Source of the DNA: an uncultured Candidatus Saccharibacteria bacterium
Lineage (GTDB): Bacteria > Patescibacteriota > Saccharimonadia > Saccharimonadales > Saccharimonadaceae
DNA: 64,000 nucleotides
NCBI GenBank assembly: GCA_963528595.1
Contig: CAURUU010000003.1
Coordinates: 11,042 to 75,041, forward strand
Direction: 5' to 3'
Shown here one piece after another: positions 63,580 through 64,000 of this stretch (position 1 is its first letter; each line of letters begins with the position of its first letter). The translations under genes and the position numbers were made by a program. Under the pieces are notes generated by a model. The model did no database searches, was not told the origin of the DNA, and was given only the letters and a program-made list of their open reading frames with translations.

Positions 63580-64000
63580 TTATCTCTTAGCGGCACGTTT
63601 TCGCTCATTGGCGTCAAGGTAGCGTTTGCGTAGACGTAGGGACTTTGGTGTCACTTCCAGCAGTTCGTCATCCTCGATGAAGTCGATGCATTGCTCCAGG
63701 CTAAACTGCGTAAATGGTGTCAGCTGTACCGTGCCGTCGGACGACTTGGAGCGCATGTTGGTCAGGTGCTTAGCTTTACAAACGTTGATTTCAATGTCTT
63801 CTTGGCGGTTGTAGATGCCGACGATCATCCCGGCGTACACTTCCGTGCCCGGTCCGACCAAGAGTTCGCCGCGTGCCTCAGCCGCCTGCAGTGCATACGG
63901 CGTGGTCGTGCCAGCTTCAAAGGCGATGAGTACGCCGCCGCGGGTCTTTGGCAATTTGCCGCCCAGCGGTTGGTAGCCGTACGGCAGGGAATTCATAATC
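63580..64000 (-). CDS. typA: translational GTPase TypA/BipA, C-terminal part (5' end outside the window)
   Basis: A BipA-type C-terminal domain: LLVGPGTEVYAGMIVG...KHLTNMRS...LEVTPKSLRLRK. Confidence 0.85.
   Translation of the reverse strand, partial: IMNSLPYGYQPLGGKLPKTRGGVLIAFEAGTTTPYALQAAEARGELLVGPGTEVYAGMIVGIYNRQEDIEINVCKAKHLTNMRSKSSDGTVQLTPFTQFSLEQCIDFIEDDELLEVTPKSLRLRKRYLDANERKRAAKR

Noticed and set aside
1-64000. A search for CRISPR arrays, rRNA genes, IS elements, transposases, integrases and prophage genes.
   Set aside because: None were found. There are no regularly spaced direct repeats, no rRNA-like conserved stretches, and no DDE, tyrosine-recombinase or serine-recombinase motifs in any frame of the ORF track.
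1-64000. Alternative genetic code (TGA read as Gly, as in some candidate phyla).
   Set aside because: TGA terminates conserved genes at the expected lengths (gatC, gatA, tyrS, the gene before radA, the 52420 gene). Conserved proteins are full-length under the standard code with no in-frame TGA.

Overview
This is a 64-kb stretch of a compact, gene-dense bacterial chromosome. It holds about 60 protein genes and 3 tRNAs. I found no rRNA, CRISPR array, transposase or integrase. Most of it is housekeeping. Central carbon genes: gap, rpiB, rpe, a split transketolase, fba and a PfkB kinase. Translation genes: gatC-gatA-X-gatB, tyrS, rplS, rsmD and typA. Replication and repair genes: dnaE, uvrB, radA, recG, rarA and an rnhB-yraN fusion. 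Also present are clpC, nusA, a short Rel, PBP1A, a PilB-type ATPase, argG/argH, aminopeptidase N, a GH13 glucosidase and a GH37 trehalase. The gene order (clpC-radA-PIN/TRAM), the many 1-4 nt start/stop overlaps and the small gene set suggest a reduced-genome Gram-positive-like lineage, plausibly Patescibacteria/Saccharibacteria. That assignment is inference only. The standard genetic code applies, because TGA ends conserved genes.

The most notable observations are:
1. An 18-codon leader ORF with four consecutive Arg codons, followed by an intrinsic terminator with a complementary anti-terminator segment, lies directly upstream of argG-argH. This looks like a classic attenuator.
2. An AT-rich islet of about 2.3 kb sits beside a three-tRNA cluster. 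It carries one large orphan ORF with a PD-(D/E)xK-like nuclease motif and is bounded distally by a 13-nt copy of the tRNA-Phe T-arm. It is a candidate single-gene defence or nuclease island.
3. At least 21 genes have a TATAAT-like box exactly 6-7 nt (9 nt for uvrB) upstream of the start codon and no Shine-Dalgarno (SD) sequence. This implies pervasive leaderless transcription and revises many ORF-track starts.
4. Two paralogous promoter-hairpin-U-tract-SD leaders sit in front of small membrane-protein genes. There are also unannotated small hydrophobic ORFs and a palindromic repeat family at convergent gene junctions.
5. A membrane-anchored protein with a HEPN-like RNxxxH motif is translationally coupled inside the gatCAB operon.

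All functional calls come from motifs read by eye. No database search was possible.
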